Origin: Centroscyllium fabricii
Lineage: Eukaryota
Assembly (NCBI GenBank): GCA_051313645.2
Contig: JBNRSN020000008.1
Span: 247,194,001 to 247,258,000, forward strand
Length of the DNA: 64,000 nt
Direction of reading: 5' to 3'
The notes under the pieces are model-generated. The model was given only the letters and a program-made list of their open reading frames with translations. It was not told the origin of the DNA and made no database searches. How positions within the stretch are numbered: position 1 is the stretch's first letter; each line of letters begins with the position of its first letter. Position numbers and translations under genes: made by a program. Shown here piece after piece: positions 13,090-25,685 of the stretch.

Positions 13090-13710
13090 GTTCTGTGAGC
13101 ACGCAATTATTTTTATCATTACCGTTGTGGTTGTCGATGGCGTGGCCGGCAACTGCACTGAATCCATAGTTTCCACTTCAGAATATATTTGTTGGATTTC
13201 AAATGGATAGTTAGCCTTTCCAGTGTGGTCACCGTGCAGAACAATAGAGTGAGTTTAAAGATTTGGACCTGGCGACGATGAAAGGACAGCGATATATGCC
13301 CATGTCAGGATGGCAAGTGACTTTGTGGGGAATTTGGGAGTGCTGGTGTTCCCATACGCCTGCTGCCCTTGTCCTTCCTGGTTGGCGAGTTCGCGGTTTG
13401 GGAGGTGCTGCCGAAGAAGCCTCGGTGACATGCTGCAGTGCTTCCTGTAGATGGTACACACTGCAGTCACGGTGCGCTGGTGGTGGACAGAGTGAATATA
13501 TAATATGGTGCTTGAGGTGCCAATCAAGCGATCTTCTTTGTCCTGGATGGTGACAAGTTACCTGAGTTGGATCTTCTCTCACCCGAGCATGTGGAATGTA
13601 TTCAGTCACACACCTGGCCTGTGCAAGTAGAAGGTGGAATGGCTATATGGAGTCAGAAGGTGAGACACTCGCAGCCGAATCCCCTGCCTCAGACCCACTT
13701 TAGTAGCCAC
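13090..13710 (-). mobile_element. Non-LTR retrotransposon 3' fragment (CR1/L2-group); related pieces at ~16870-17470 and ~20540-20850
   Basis: IHSVHHQRTVTAVCTIYRKHCSMSPRLLRQHLP resembles a LINE ORF2 C-terminus; clade not determined. Confidence 0.55.
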
Positions 13711-13919
13711 AATGTTAATGTCCCAGAAATTGCAGTGGAGCCTTCGTGCGGTTGCAGTACCTGCTCAAAGCACTTGAACTGCCCATAATTAGTTCTGCTT
13801 TTTTTCACTCAGAAATTGCAGTTAGCCCAGATTGTCAGAGCTCCGTGCGAGCTTCATGGGCATCTGAAGGGCGTAATTAGTGCGAGATGGCTTTTGAGAG
13901 CACCTGATTGGCAGGGAGC

Positions 13920-15500
13920 CAATCAGTGGAACCAATTCTCCGTTCAAAACTTCCACTGAGAAATCTGTGCAAGTTCTGAAAGTAGAGATTGCCCAAAAGA
14001 CATCTAAACTCAAAAATATATTTTTTTAAACACCACATTTTTTAACATTACCCCAACTAACACAAATAACCTATTTTAAAGAAAAAATAAACATTTATAG
14101 AAAGATTTTTCAATTTCCAACAGGTCTAAAAAAATAGTTACCAGTCTGTAAAGTTATCAACAATTAAAAACCTGAAAGAAACAACAATTAAAATCAATAA
14201 AATACACACTTACCAGTTAAGAACGGATACTTACGACTGCTTTTTCGCAGCCAAGAATCTCCTGGACTTGGTCCGTAGAAAAAGTTAAAAATATACCCGA
14301 ATTACTGGACGCAACACGCTTTTCGCTGCCTCCTGCGCTGGCCCTCGCAGGAACTCCAACCCCCCCGCTGGCCGGCATAGGAAAACCCGAAGCAGCGCCA
14401 CCGGCTGCTTCCTGCGGGTTTCAGCTCTGGTGTGCTAGCACGAAAGCTTAAACCCGATATGGGCAGACTGGAATTTATGGCCCAATATAAAGGTGAATTT
14501 GGAGTGGATGTTGTTGCTATGCGCTTGCTGCCCTTGTCCTTCTGGCTGGGAGAGGTCCCGTGTAAGCGAAATGTTACCGAAATGCAGAGAGAGATATGGA
14601 AACCCACAATTTAATTAGATTAAAATATCGCGCATAACAGAATCAATTTGAAAATGTCGGCACGCAGATTCTGTTGTCTGACAGAAACCTTCAATCTGTT
14701 ATGGCCACTTCATCAGTGGAACCAATTCTCCGTTCAAAACTTCCACTGAGAAATCTGTGCAAGTTCTGAAAGGAGAGATTGGCCAAAAGACATCTAAACT
14801 CAAAAATAAAATTTTAAGAACACCACATTTTTTTTAACATTACCCCAACAAATACAAATAACCTATTTTAAAGAAACAATAAAAATTTACAGAAATATTT
14901 TTCAACTTCCAACAGATCTAAAAAAATAGTTACCTCTCTTTAAAGTTATCAGCAATTACAAACCTGAAAAAAACAACAATTAAAATCAATAAAATACACA
15001 CTTACCAGATAAAAACGGATACTTACACTGCATTTTCGCAGCCTAGAATCTCCTGGATTTGGTCCGTAGAAAAAGATAAAAATATACCCGAATTACTGGA
15101 CGCAACCAGCTATTCGCTGCTTCCTGCGCTGACCCTCGCAGGAACTCCAACCCCCCCCCCCCCTGGCCGGCGTAGGAAAACCCGAAGCAGCGCAACCGGA
15201 TGCTTCCAGAGGGTTTCAGCTCTGGTGCGCTCGCACCAAAGCTTAAACCCGATATAGGCAGACTGCAATTTATGGCCCAATATAACGATGAATGTGGAGT
15301 GGATGTTGTTGCTATGCGCCTGCTGCACCTATCCTTCTGGCTGGTGGAGGTCCCGTGTAAGTGAAATGTTATGGAAATGCAGAGAGAGATATGGAAACCC
15401 GCAATTTAATTAGATTAAAATATCGCGCATAACAGAATCAATATGAAAATGTCGGATCGCGGGTTATGTACCCTGACAGAGAAACCTGCATTGTTTTATG
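13920..15500. repeat. Intronic tandem duplication, 2 x ~790 bp
   Basis: atcagtggaaccaattctccgttcaaaacttccactgagaaatctgtgcaag begins at 13922 and again at 14712; the copies align to their ends. Confidence 0.9.
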
Positions 15501-15995
15501 GCCAGTCCGTCTGGAGAGCTTTTTGAGATGGCACTACACACATTCGAGTTCACTCCCTGGCACCGTGCTGTCATTTTGGCAACAAACGTTGATTGTTCAA
15601 ACATATAAGGGATCATTTTCTCCCAGGCAGATCGTTGAAACAAGTGTTCACGATTCCATATTTTACACATAATTAAATGAAAAACGTTATCAGGCGGGGC
15701 ATAAAACGGGCGTCCCAATCTCTGTCGCCCGTTTTGCGCTACCGCCCGTTACAAATTTCACTCCTTATCGCCAGTAATGCCCGTTGTCGGTAATGGATTC
15801 ACATCAAATGAATGTCGGGTCCAGAGTTACATGAATCCTGTCAAAAGTTGATCAACATGATCAAAAACCGTTCACTTATCTCCTCATTCCAAATATTAAA
15901 CCACTGATCTTATTCAAATGATTAAAGCATGATTTATAAAAAATACCAAGAGCTTGAACAAATCCCACACTATTCCTCTGATCTCTGCCACTCAC

Positions 15996-16289
15996 CTGCT
16001 ACAGTGATCGTCACAAACTCGCTCCGATGGGATTCTAACCTCCTTCCGCTGACGGAGGTTTTATATCGGCATTGGTACCGCCCTCCCTGGCCTTTAATGG
16101 TAACCGGGATTGTTCCAATATTGTCCTTTCTGACAATTTGATGGGATTGCAGATATTGATTATTTTTGTAAAAATAGAAGAATTTATCGTGATAATCTCC
16201 GGTCACAGTGCAGGTAATGATGACTGTCTCTCCTACTACATAAACCCCACTCGGTTGATCAAGAGTTATCTCTGGCGTTGTTAGAGGAT
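15996..16289 (-). CDS. Ig exon D4, intact
   Basis: 294 bp, ccacAG/GTGAG, phase 1-1; DPLTTPEITLDQPSGVYVVGETVIITC..FYFYK..QGGRYQCRY..SHRSEFVTITV. Confidence 0.9.
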
Positions 16290-18607
16290 CTGTGGTATAA
16301 TAAATGGAAAGTACAATTAGAAATGGATTTGTGGATTTTCATGTCAAGTGCAAGGTTGTGAACTCTCTGATGATTGGGCGATATTGAAGCGCACTTTCTC
16401 CTCGGATACAGAGATTCCACAATAGGGGAGTTCGGGCTTTGATTAGAAAGAAAGAAAGACTTGCATTTCTCTAGCGCCTTTCATGATCTTGGGACATCCC
16501 AAAGCGCTTTACAGCCAATTTAGTCATTTTGAAGTGGAGTCGCTGTTGCAATGTGGAAAATCAAATGGCGGAGCCACATAACCTAAATTAGCGCCAGTTC
16601 TCCATCCAATATCCAGCTTCAGGCCGGAGATTTTAGTCTAGGATACGAGAGGAACAAAGAACCATTTGCTTTGGAAAGCCCAGTGCTCCTAATTTAGCCC
16701 AAGTGAAGATGCGATCTGAGAGAATGAAAGTATCCCTTAGACCCTCACCGCGACCGGTCGCTTTTCAAGTAGGAAACCTCCGCCAGTGGAAGGCAGAGGG
16801 CACCCAATCTAAGCGGGGCTTTGACAGGCAAACATTTCGAATAATTGAGCCTTCTTTGTGAGCACGAAATTATTGTTTTCATTATCACTGTAATAGTGGC
16901 TGGCATGGCCAGCAACGACTGCCCATCCTTAGGTTTCCTTTCGAAAGTGCTTGTTGGCTTTCTAATTGAACTACAGCGAATCCGTTGGTGTTAAAATGCA
17001 CAACAATGATTTGGACCTAGTGACAATGAAGGAACAACGATATATAACCAATTCAGGATGGTGTGTGACCTGGAGAGGTTCTGCTGGTGGTGGTGTTACA
17101 TGCGCCGGCAGCCCCTCTCATTCTAGTGGTAGAGGGCGCTTGTTTGAGAGGTGCTGCTGAGAAAGTCTTGGTGAGTGTCTGCATTGCATGATGGCGATGG
17201 TGCACACTGCAGCCCCGGTGCACCGGTGGTGGAGTGAGTGAATTCTTTAAGGTGGTGGACGGGGAGCCAATCCATCTGCCTGCTTTGTCCTGAATAGTGT
17301 CAAGCTTCCAGCCTTGTAGCCGGTCTCATCCAGGCAATTGGAGACTATTGATCCACATTCCTGACAAGTATCATGTAGATTTGGGCAGGATATTGTGGCA
17401 TCGCAAGGTGTGTCATTCGCCGCAGTATTCAACACCTCCGACATTCTCCAGTAGGAGGGGAATTGAAGTCGATATTTTCGGAGGCAAATGTTAAGTGATG
17501 CATTTGGTGGATAATTTTCAGTTAATGGTTTGAAGGTGAATATGGAGGTGACGCTGTCCCCATGTGTCTGCTGCTCTTGTGCTTCTGGGTGGTGGAGCTC
17601 TTGTGTTTGAGAAGTGCTGCCGAAATGCAATGCAGAGAGATATGGAAACCCACAAGATAATTACATTCAAATATCGTGCATTACAAGATCTTATTGCAAA
17701 TCTCGTCAGACAGATTCTATTCTCTGATAGAGAACCTGTAATGTTTCACGGCCAGTCACCCTGGCGAGCTCCGTGAGGTGCGGCTACATTCAGTGAATTT
17801 AAATCTCTGGCGCCCAGCCTTCATTGTGAAACTGTATTCTTATATTTCGAACTTGCAGGGAATAAATATTTTCCCCGCTTGATCCTTGAAATAGGTGGTC
17901 GCAATTTGCTTTTGCACAAATAGGGCCAGAAACTCGCGCAGATAGTGTGAATGTTCCCGTGGGATCATGTGGACATTGGGGAGGCAATCGAAGCAAAGAA
18001 TGCTCCATTCATAAGATTGACAGACAGGATCGGTCAAACTTTTGAAAAAACAAGAGCGGCAAAAACACAGTAAACGTTAAAATAATTTTTTAAAAAACAT
18101 CAATTTTTTAAAAGTTACTATAACTAACTAGCTATTTTAAACAAAAATAAACGTTTTGAAAAATATTTTAATTTTTGAACTGCCCTAAAAAACTATTTAC
18201 ATGTCTATAAAGTATTTAAAAAAATTAAAACCTTTGAAACTAAATACTTAAATTCAATAAAACAGAGACTTTCCTGAAGAAATCGGCTCCTTGCGCTGAA
18301 GCTGATGACCCCGCCTCCACTTTCTACCGAATTGCAGGTATCCTACGCATGCGCGTGAAATAGCGTCCATCTGCAATTCGGAGGGCTGCGCGCGTGAGTT
18401 CCCGCTCTGTACTCGCGCGGTGCGGCCCCAAAATTCTGGGCCATAACTAAATGGGAAACAAAATCAGGCGGGGCCTAAATGGAGCCGCAAATCGCTATCT
18501 TCTATTCGCTGCTACCGCAGGAGATACGGTTCATTCTCGTGAATTCTCATTACGTGACAGACAAGCAATGATATCCGATATTCTTACAGAAAAACAATGA
18601 ATCTTAC

Positions 18608-19072
18608 CCACTACCATCACCTCCATGGAATCACTTCGCCCTGAGGTTATGTGCCGCTCTGCCATTGTTGACTTATAAACACAGGAGTAATTTGCTGTGC
18701 CGGTCTCCACACTTGCAAGAAGTCGCACAACACCAGATTATAGTCCAACGGTTTTATTTTAAATCACAAGCTTTCCATAAAACCGTTGGACTATAATCTG
18801 GTGTTGTGTGACTTCTTGCATTTGTCCACCCCAGTCCAACACCGGCACCTCCTCATTATAGGTCTCCACACTGTCCGTGATGTCAAAGGTGACCTCGGAT
18901 TGCCATGATTTGGCTGTGACCATTTTGATTGGATTATTTTGCCCTCCTCTGTACAAATAGAAACTGCTCCCTGAATATGGAGACAGGGCTCCACAGGAAA
19001 CTCTGACCAGCTCCCCTCTCACAAATACTTTATCCAGACGGTTAAGTGATATTGACGGTTTGTGAGGATAAG
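18608..19072 (-). pseudogene. Ig exon D3, interrupted by a Penelope-derived insertion
   Basis: YPHKPSISL..GELVRVSC..FYLYRGG..SVET / SVETGTANYSCVY..SGRSDSMEVMV. Removing 159 bp restores a 306-bp phase 1-1 exon. Confidence 0.88.
18714..18860. mobile_element. Palindromic Penelope pLTR fragment with 12-bp target duplication
   Basis: GGTCTCCACACT at 18702-18713 and 18861-18872; 44-bp inverted arms 18714-18757 and 18777-18820; same sequence family as 29950-30040. Confidence 0.85.
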
Positions 19073-19744
19073 CTATGAGGATAACAAGGAAACACAATAA
19101 TGTTAAACCAATATCCTGCCGGGCGGCAACGGTTCTGCCGCCCGCATTTCAACCTGGTGATTTTACTCACCTTCAAGTCAAACTAAACTAAATTCCGAAA
19201 GGTTGAGACACAATCAGCCGACCCGATTTTAAGATGTAATAAAGTAAGTTAAGGGTAAAATCGGGTGGCGTGTACATTTTGCGTCCGGTCCGAAACCACA
19301 TCTTTCCCGCTTGGTGGACTTGGTTGCAATTGCCCACCATCAGCTGTAAGCTGTGAGCTGGTTGGAGCCAAGACAATTCACCTGCCCACCGGCCAGGTAT
19401 CTGCTGAGCGTGTATGTTTAAAATCACACCCAATGGAATCGGAAATCGGAAAAACATGCTGCCGATTCAATGTGATATTTTGTGTTCTGCCAACTGAGAC
19501 AAGTTTCACGTGCAATATATCAGGATTGCTGTTGCTGACAGTAGATGCGCAGCGGGTGAATTCAGGGCCCAGTGTTACAGGCATACTGTCAAGCTTTAAG
19601 CTGTGAGATCAAAGGCCTTTCGCTTTTTGTTCTTTCTACTAATATTAAACGTTTCATTTTGTTATTGTGAATAACACATGGATTTTTGAAAATATCAAGC
19701 ACGTTGAATAGACATATTAGCAAACGCTGCCACCTGTCACTCAC

Positions 19745-20038
19745 CTACTATAGTCGCTGTAATAGCCCCGCTCAGCTGGGAAAATATATGCCTTTGGTTG
19801 AAGGAGATTCCATATTGGCATCGGTAGCGCCCTCCCTGGTTACCATGTGTAATCGGGAATGTTGCAATGTTGCTCTTTGTTGCTATTGGGCTAGAGGACA
19901 GCATTTGGCCATCTCTGTTAAAGCGAAAGGTTTTATCACGATTATCTCCAGTCACATTGCAGGTAATGGTGACCGTCTCTCCTTCTACATACACCCCACT
20001 CCTTTGATCAAGGGATATCACTGGCGTTGTTAGCGGTT
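19745..20038 (-). CDS. Ig exon D2, intact
   Basis: 294 bp, ctcAG/GTGAG, phase 1-1; PLTTPVISLDQRSGVYVEGETVTITC..QGGRYRCQY..SQLSGAITATIV. Confidence 0.9.
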
Positions 20039-21351
20039 CTGAGGTAAAATTGACGGAAAGAACAATAAAAAATGGATCTACGGTTCTTCATGTCATTTGT
20101 TAACTCAATAGTGATTGTGATACACTGGTTGGAAGTGATTTCATTGGCGACTGACATTCCAGAAACGTGGAGTTCGGGACTTGGTTAAAACCGAGACAAA
20201 AGCCTTGGATTAATATAGCGCCTTTAAGGAACTGAGCATCTCCTAAATCGCCCCACAGCCAATGATGCACTTTGGAGGTCAAGTCACAGCTGTAATGTAG
20301 GAAATCAAATGGCCGAGCCAAATAAAATAAATCAGCTTCGGGTCTCTTTCCAAAGTCAAATGTTCAGCCCCAAATGTTACTCTGGGATACAAGCGGAACA
20401 AGGAAATTGCATAATTTGAAATCAGTATTTCTGCTAATTTAGCGAAGGTGAACATGTGATTCAGACAATTGTACCTCAACCTTAACTCTTCAGATTCGCA
20501 CTTCAATCAAAGTAGTTGCTCTGCTGAGCCCAAAATATTTGTCAATCATTCCAGATGTGGGCATTGCTGGCACGTCCGGCATTTGTTGGCTAAATCCAGT
20601 TGCATTTGTTAAAAGGGAGATTTGTCTTCTTCTTGAACCGACGCAATCGCTGTGGTGAAGGTGCTCCCACAGTGCTGCCGCAGGGATTTCCTGGGTTTTA
20701 ATCCAGTGAACAATGTAGGAACCGCGATATATTTCCAAGTCGCAATGTTGTGAGACTTGGAGGGGAGCCCGGAGGTGATGGTATTCCCATTCAGCTGATG
20801 CGCTTGTCTTCTGGGTCGTGGAGGTCGCTGATTTGGAATTGTGTAAATATCCTCCGGCACTACATTGAGGGCCCAAGGCCCTGTACAGTGCTGTATGTTC
20901 TATGTTCTATGTTCTAAGTCTATCACTGTTCTCCGCATTGCTCACTATATTTCCGAGTTTCCTCTGTTCTGCCAAATTTGAAACTTATGATCTATATAAC
21001 CAAGTCCCGGTCAATACTATATGTCAGAAATCTATTCCCTCTTGAATGTTGCTATTGTATAGGTTTCCACCACCCTTCCAGGCAGCGCATTCCAGATGCA
21101 ACATCCCGCCACGTTAAACAGTTTTCTTTATTTCCTCACTCGAGTTTTGGCAATTATCTTAAATCTGTGTCCTTTGCTTCAGTTTTTTAAATTTAATCAT
21201 TCGATATCCCTTATAATTCTGAAAATTTATATTGAATTTTCCCTTATTCTTTTCAGCTATCAGTGTACAAAACCACCGTATCTAGTCTCTACGGATAACT
21301 AAAACACTTCCCTGTATTAATATTGCAAAAACGCTGCCACATCGCACTCAC

Positions 21352-21636
21352 CTGTTACTGTTACTCGCGCCGAGTCACTCAGTGAGGACCAGGTCCATTG
21401 CTTATTGACATTGTATCCATACTTGCACTGGTAATCTCCTTGCTCATATCTGCTTTTTGTTGCAACGAAATGAACTCTGCTGGTAGTGGAAACCGGCAGT
21501 TCGGCCCCATCTTTATAAAAGTTATAATTGCTACCCGGGGAATTTTCATCGCCATTGCAGGTAATCGTGATGCTCTCCCCGGGCAAATACACGCCAGTCA
21601 CTTCATTCAGGGTAATTTCAGGTTTCAGTGGAATTT
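21352..21636 (-). CDS. Ig exon D1, intact
   Basis: 285 bp, cgtAG/GTGAG, phase 1-1; IPLKPEITL..GESITITC..YNFYKDG..QGDYQCKY..SSLSDSARVTVT. Confidence 0.9.
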
Positions 21637-21954
21637 CTACGGTTAAAACAATGACAGTGTCCGTCAATGAATATATTCCAGTAAGACACGTTTCAGTCTG
21701 TGTAGTAAAGAGAACGGTAAGTGCTCCGTAGAGTGCTTGAAGCAGATACATTGCTGCCCCTAAGCTGAGGATAAATATACACAGGTCGTGTTAGTGTGAA
21801 GTATAATGTGCATTATGAAAATCGGTGTGCACCAGCAGGGGCAAATTTTTTCTTTCTGTGCTATCAATTTCTTGTAATTCTATAAAATCAACACCCCATT
21901 GAGCGCTTCTAAATGACAAACATTGAAACACTAAAGCTGACAATATTCTTCATA

Positions 21955-22850
21955 GAAACATACAGCGCAGAATGAGGCCATTCGACCTAGTTTGCCTGTT
22001 ATGGCTTTTTGAAATAGTCGTCATATTAGTTCCTCAACCATAGGAACATTAGACGTAAGCGCAGCAGCAGGCCATACAGTCCCTCGAGCCTGCCCCGTCA
22101 TTCAATAACACCAGGGATGTTAATCGACCTCATCTTCACGTTCCCGCCCGATCAACGTCTCCTTCGATTCTCCTAGGGTCCAACAATCTATCTTACTCAG
22201 AATTCAATATCCTCAAAGACTCAGCTTTACTGCCCTCTGGGGCAGAGCATACCAAGGATTCACAACCGTCTGAGTAAACAAATTACTCGTCACCTTCTCA
22301 GTCTTAATTGTCCATCCATCATCCTGAGACAAAGCCCATTGGTTCTGCACACTCCAGCCAGGGGAAACACGCTCTCAGCATCTAAACTGTCAATCCCCTC
22401 CGGAATCTTGTATGTGTCAATGATTACATCTACGATTCTCCTGAACACCAGTGAGTAAAAGCCCATTCTGCACAATATCTCATCATAGGATAACCCTCTC
22501 ATCCCAACAATCAATCTGCTGAACCTTGCTGGCACCGCCTCCCAATCAAGCAGACCCTTCCTTAGACAAGGTGAACAGAACTGTGCCGAGTGCTTCAGGT
22601 GTGGTCTGAGCAATGACCTGTACATTTGCAGTAGGTCTGCCTGAATCCTGTACCCCCACCCCCTTCCAATAAAGACCAAAATTGCATTTGCCTTTCATAT
22701 TGTATCTCTATCTGCATGCGATCTTCCTTGCTTCGTGTGTTTCTTGCACGAGGACACCCAAGTCACTCTGAAAACCAACATTTGAAATTTGCTCTCCAAT
22801 TTAACAGTCTTCATTTTTTCTATTCTTCGAACAAAGTTGAATGACCTTAT
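21955..22850 (-). mobile_element. Degenerate CR1 3' fragment
   Basis: ORF LQMYRSLLRPHLKHSAQFCSPCLRK..LSYDEIL; tail repeats at left. Confidence 0.8.
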
Positions 22851-22861
22851 ATGTCTTATAA

Positions 22862-23885
22862 GCCTGTGTCCAGCGGGGTACCGCAGGGATCAGTGCTGAG
22901 TCCCTTGTTGTTTGTAGTCTAAATTAATTAGTTGGATATGAAGGTAAAACGTACAATCAGTAAGTTAGCGTTGGACAAGTATATTGTTGGGGGTGGTAAA
23001 TAGCGAGGAGGGAAGCCTCAGTCTGCAGGACGATATAGATGGGTTGGTCAGAAGGGCGGAGCTGTTGAAAATGGAATTTAACCGTGAAATCTGTGAGGTG
23101 ATGCATTTTGGAAGGAATAAAAAGGCAGGGGAACACAAAAGGAATGGTTGGACCTTAGGAAAGACAGAGGTCAGAGGGACCTTGTTGTGCATGTACATAG
23201 ATCCCTGAAGGCAGTAGGACTGCTAGATAAGATGGTTTAAAAAGCTTTGAGATACTTGCCTTCTTTCGCGGAGGCATAGAAAATAAGAGCAGGGAGGTTA
23301 TGATGGAACTGAACAAAACGCTGGTAAGGCGACAGCTGGAGTACTGTGTGCAGTTCTGGTCGCCACACTATAGGAAGGATGTGATTGCTTTGGAGAGGGT
23401 GCAGAGGAGATTCACCAGGATGTTACCTGGACTGGAGCGCTTCAGCTATGAAGAAATACTGGAAAGGCTGGGGTTGTTTCACTTGGAGCAGAGAAGGCTG
23501 AGGGGTCCTGACTGAGGAAAACAAAATTATCAGAGACATAGATAAGGTAAATAGTAAGGAACGTATTCCATTGACAGAGGGGTCAATATCAAGAGGGCAT
23601 AGATTCAAGATAAGAGACGGAAGGTTTAGAGGCGATTTGAGGAAGAGCTTTTTCACCCAGAGAGTATCTAGAACTCACTGACTGAAAGGTTAGTAGAGGC
23701 AGCAACGCTCACAACATTCAAGACACATTTAGATGAGCATTTGAATTGCCACAGCCTACATGGCTACGGAAAAAATGCAGGAAAATGGGATTAGAATAGA
23801 CAGGGCTTGATGGCCGGCATGGACGCGATTGGGCGGTATGGTCTCTTTCTGTGCTGTATAAATCTGTGACTCTATGACTCCATGA
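22862..23885 (+). mobile_element. CR1 LINE, 5'-truncated
   Basis: [45 protein letters not shown]; (CTATGACT)n tail. Confidence 0.9.
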
Positions 23886-24229
23886 CATACATATTGAGCT
23901 TTACTGTAAGATGCTGGGGTGTGGGTTCAGTTATTCCGCTCATTCAAACAGAATGCACAGATACGAAGGGTGGAGTGGCCTCTTCGGTTCTGTCAGATTG
24001 TATCATGCTGGGAATTTATCCTTTACTGAAATAAAAACGCGATTAATGTTAGTCATCTGCTTTTCTCATGTCGTTGCTAGACGGCAGATGGCCCTAGCAC
24101 ATTTTTCGGGCTTCTAAATTTGCAAATAAATGTTGGGATAACACATCAACACGTGTAGATAGGCATATTCATATTCTCAATCTTTGTGATATGTGAACTT
24201 CAGTGCTGAAATGTAAAAGAGAAGAGATT

Positions 24230-24480
24230 GGCTTGGCTTACTGCGTATCGCTCCCACGTCTCTGAGTCAGCGGATTTTGCCTTCGAGCTGCATCCTCAAC
24301 AGTTGGGCTCATAATTTGCGCTAACACTCCCAGTGACGCACTGAGAGAGTTCTGAACTGTGGGAGATTTCAATCCTTGAGGAAAACTTTAAACCGACATC
24401 TGTACTTTCCTTGTCGGTGAATGGTGAACATCTCTTGGCTCTTTTGGAAGTGAAGGGAGGTCTCTGTGTTATATTGGGTC
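24230..24480 (+). mobile_element. SacSINE1-like SINE fragment
   Basis: TCTGAGTCAG head and Deu-like body, related to the element at 290-575. Confidence 0.45.
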
Positions 24481-25652
24481 AAGGGAGCAGGAAGTGTGCT
24501 TCGTCAACAAGACGACTTCAGAGAGGGCGTGAGGGCAGATTGGAGAGAAACAAATTGCAATGTCATCTAGGGCAGGGGGAGCGGGTTAAGGGGATGTTTA
24601 TTTTGCAGGGCACGGGAAGGAGTTGAAGAATCAAAAGGATAGAGGGTTTCTGGGGATGGCAAGTTTTGGGGGAGGCGATGGTGATTTTGGGTAGTGGAGC
24701 TTTTATGGAGGGAAAAGTTCGGGAGCACAGCGAGCTCCGGATAGACGGAGTGGGGAGAAAATCGGACAAAGGCATTCAAACCATTGAGGAAGAGGAGTAG
24801 GATGGACGCTGGAAGCATAGATGACTAACATAATAGGATGGAATTGTGGCAACTATGACTTACGGATGGACCAATATATGGATGACGGTGAGGCGGTGAA
24901 TAGTAGAGAAGGAACCACAGTGGCTTTGGGGGGAAATATGACGGAACGTATACGCCTGTAGCAAGGCTTCAGGAAGGTTCAACATGTTGCCATTGTGAGC
25001 AAAGACTCGGTGAAAGCCAATAGATTAAAGCAATCCCACAAACTCCCACATGGATGGCAAGTGCCTTGTTGGTGAGTATTACAGAGAACATCAGCACAGA
25101 ATCTGGTCAATGGACGCAATATGTCCATGTCTGGGTTTATGCTCCAGAGGATGCTCCTCCCACCGTCTTTCTCTGATTCCATCAATATATCTTTCACCTC
25201 AACTATCAAGTTCCATATTCTAAACACTATGTGCATAAAGAGTCATCCTTGGATTTCCGATTAGCTTCATTAGTGACGTTTTTGTTTTGTTGGACCTTAA
25301 TTCACTGAGGACACTACGTTAGGAAGCTCTGTCAGTTCTGGAGAAAGCAGCAGAGTGCTGCCAATGTGAGGACAGACCCATTAGCCCGATTCTTTATATC
25401 CATCGAAACAAATATTTCCTATCCAATTCAATGGGTCCATGTCTGGGTTTATGCTCCAGACGCGCTCCCCACCCCGCCACTCTGTTGAAAACCATCGGGT
25501 CCTGGCAAACTGGCTATATTTGATCTCATTGTCTAAACCATCACCATTTAATTTAAGTGATATTTCCTCCGAGATGTATTGTAGTTTTCCTTGTAACTGA
25601 CGAATATGTCAGAAAATAAATACATCTCTTATAGCACCTTACCAATCACAGC

Positions 25653-25685
25653 CTTCTCTTGCATGCACAGCCAGTCCAATGCCTT
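25653..25685 (-). other. Candidate second leader mini-exon (GIGLAVHARE)
   Basis: ttcAG/AAG tandem acceptors; resembles LRC leader exon 2; its own GT donor is absent, replaced by a local duplication junction. Confidence 0.35.

Noticed and set aside
6491-21636. Rearranging Ig/TCR V or C segments
   Set aside because: Domains have short C2-type Cys spacing and FYLY/FYK instead of the V-type WYxQ, and each ends in a splice donor. CACAGTG hits (e.g. ~12456, ~16204, ~26527) have no properly spaced nonamer.
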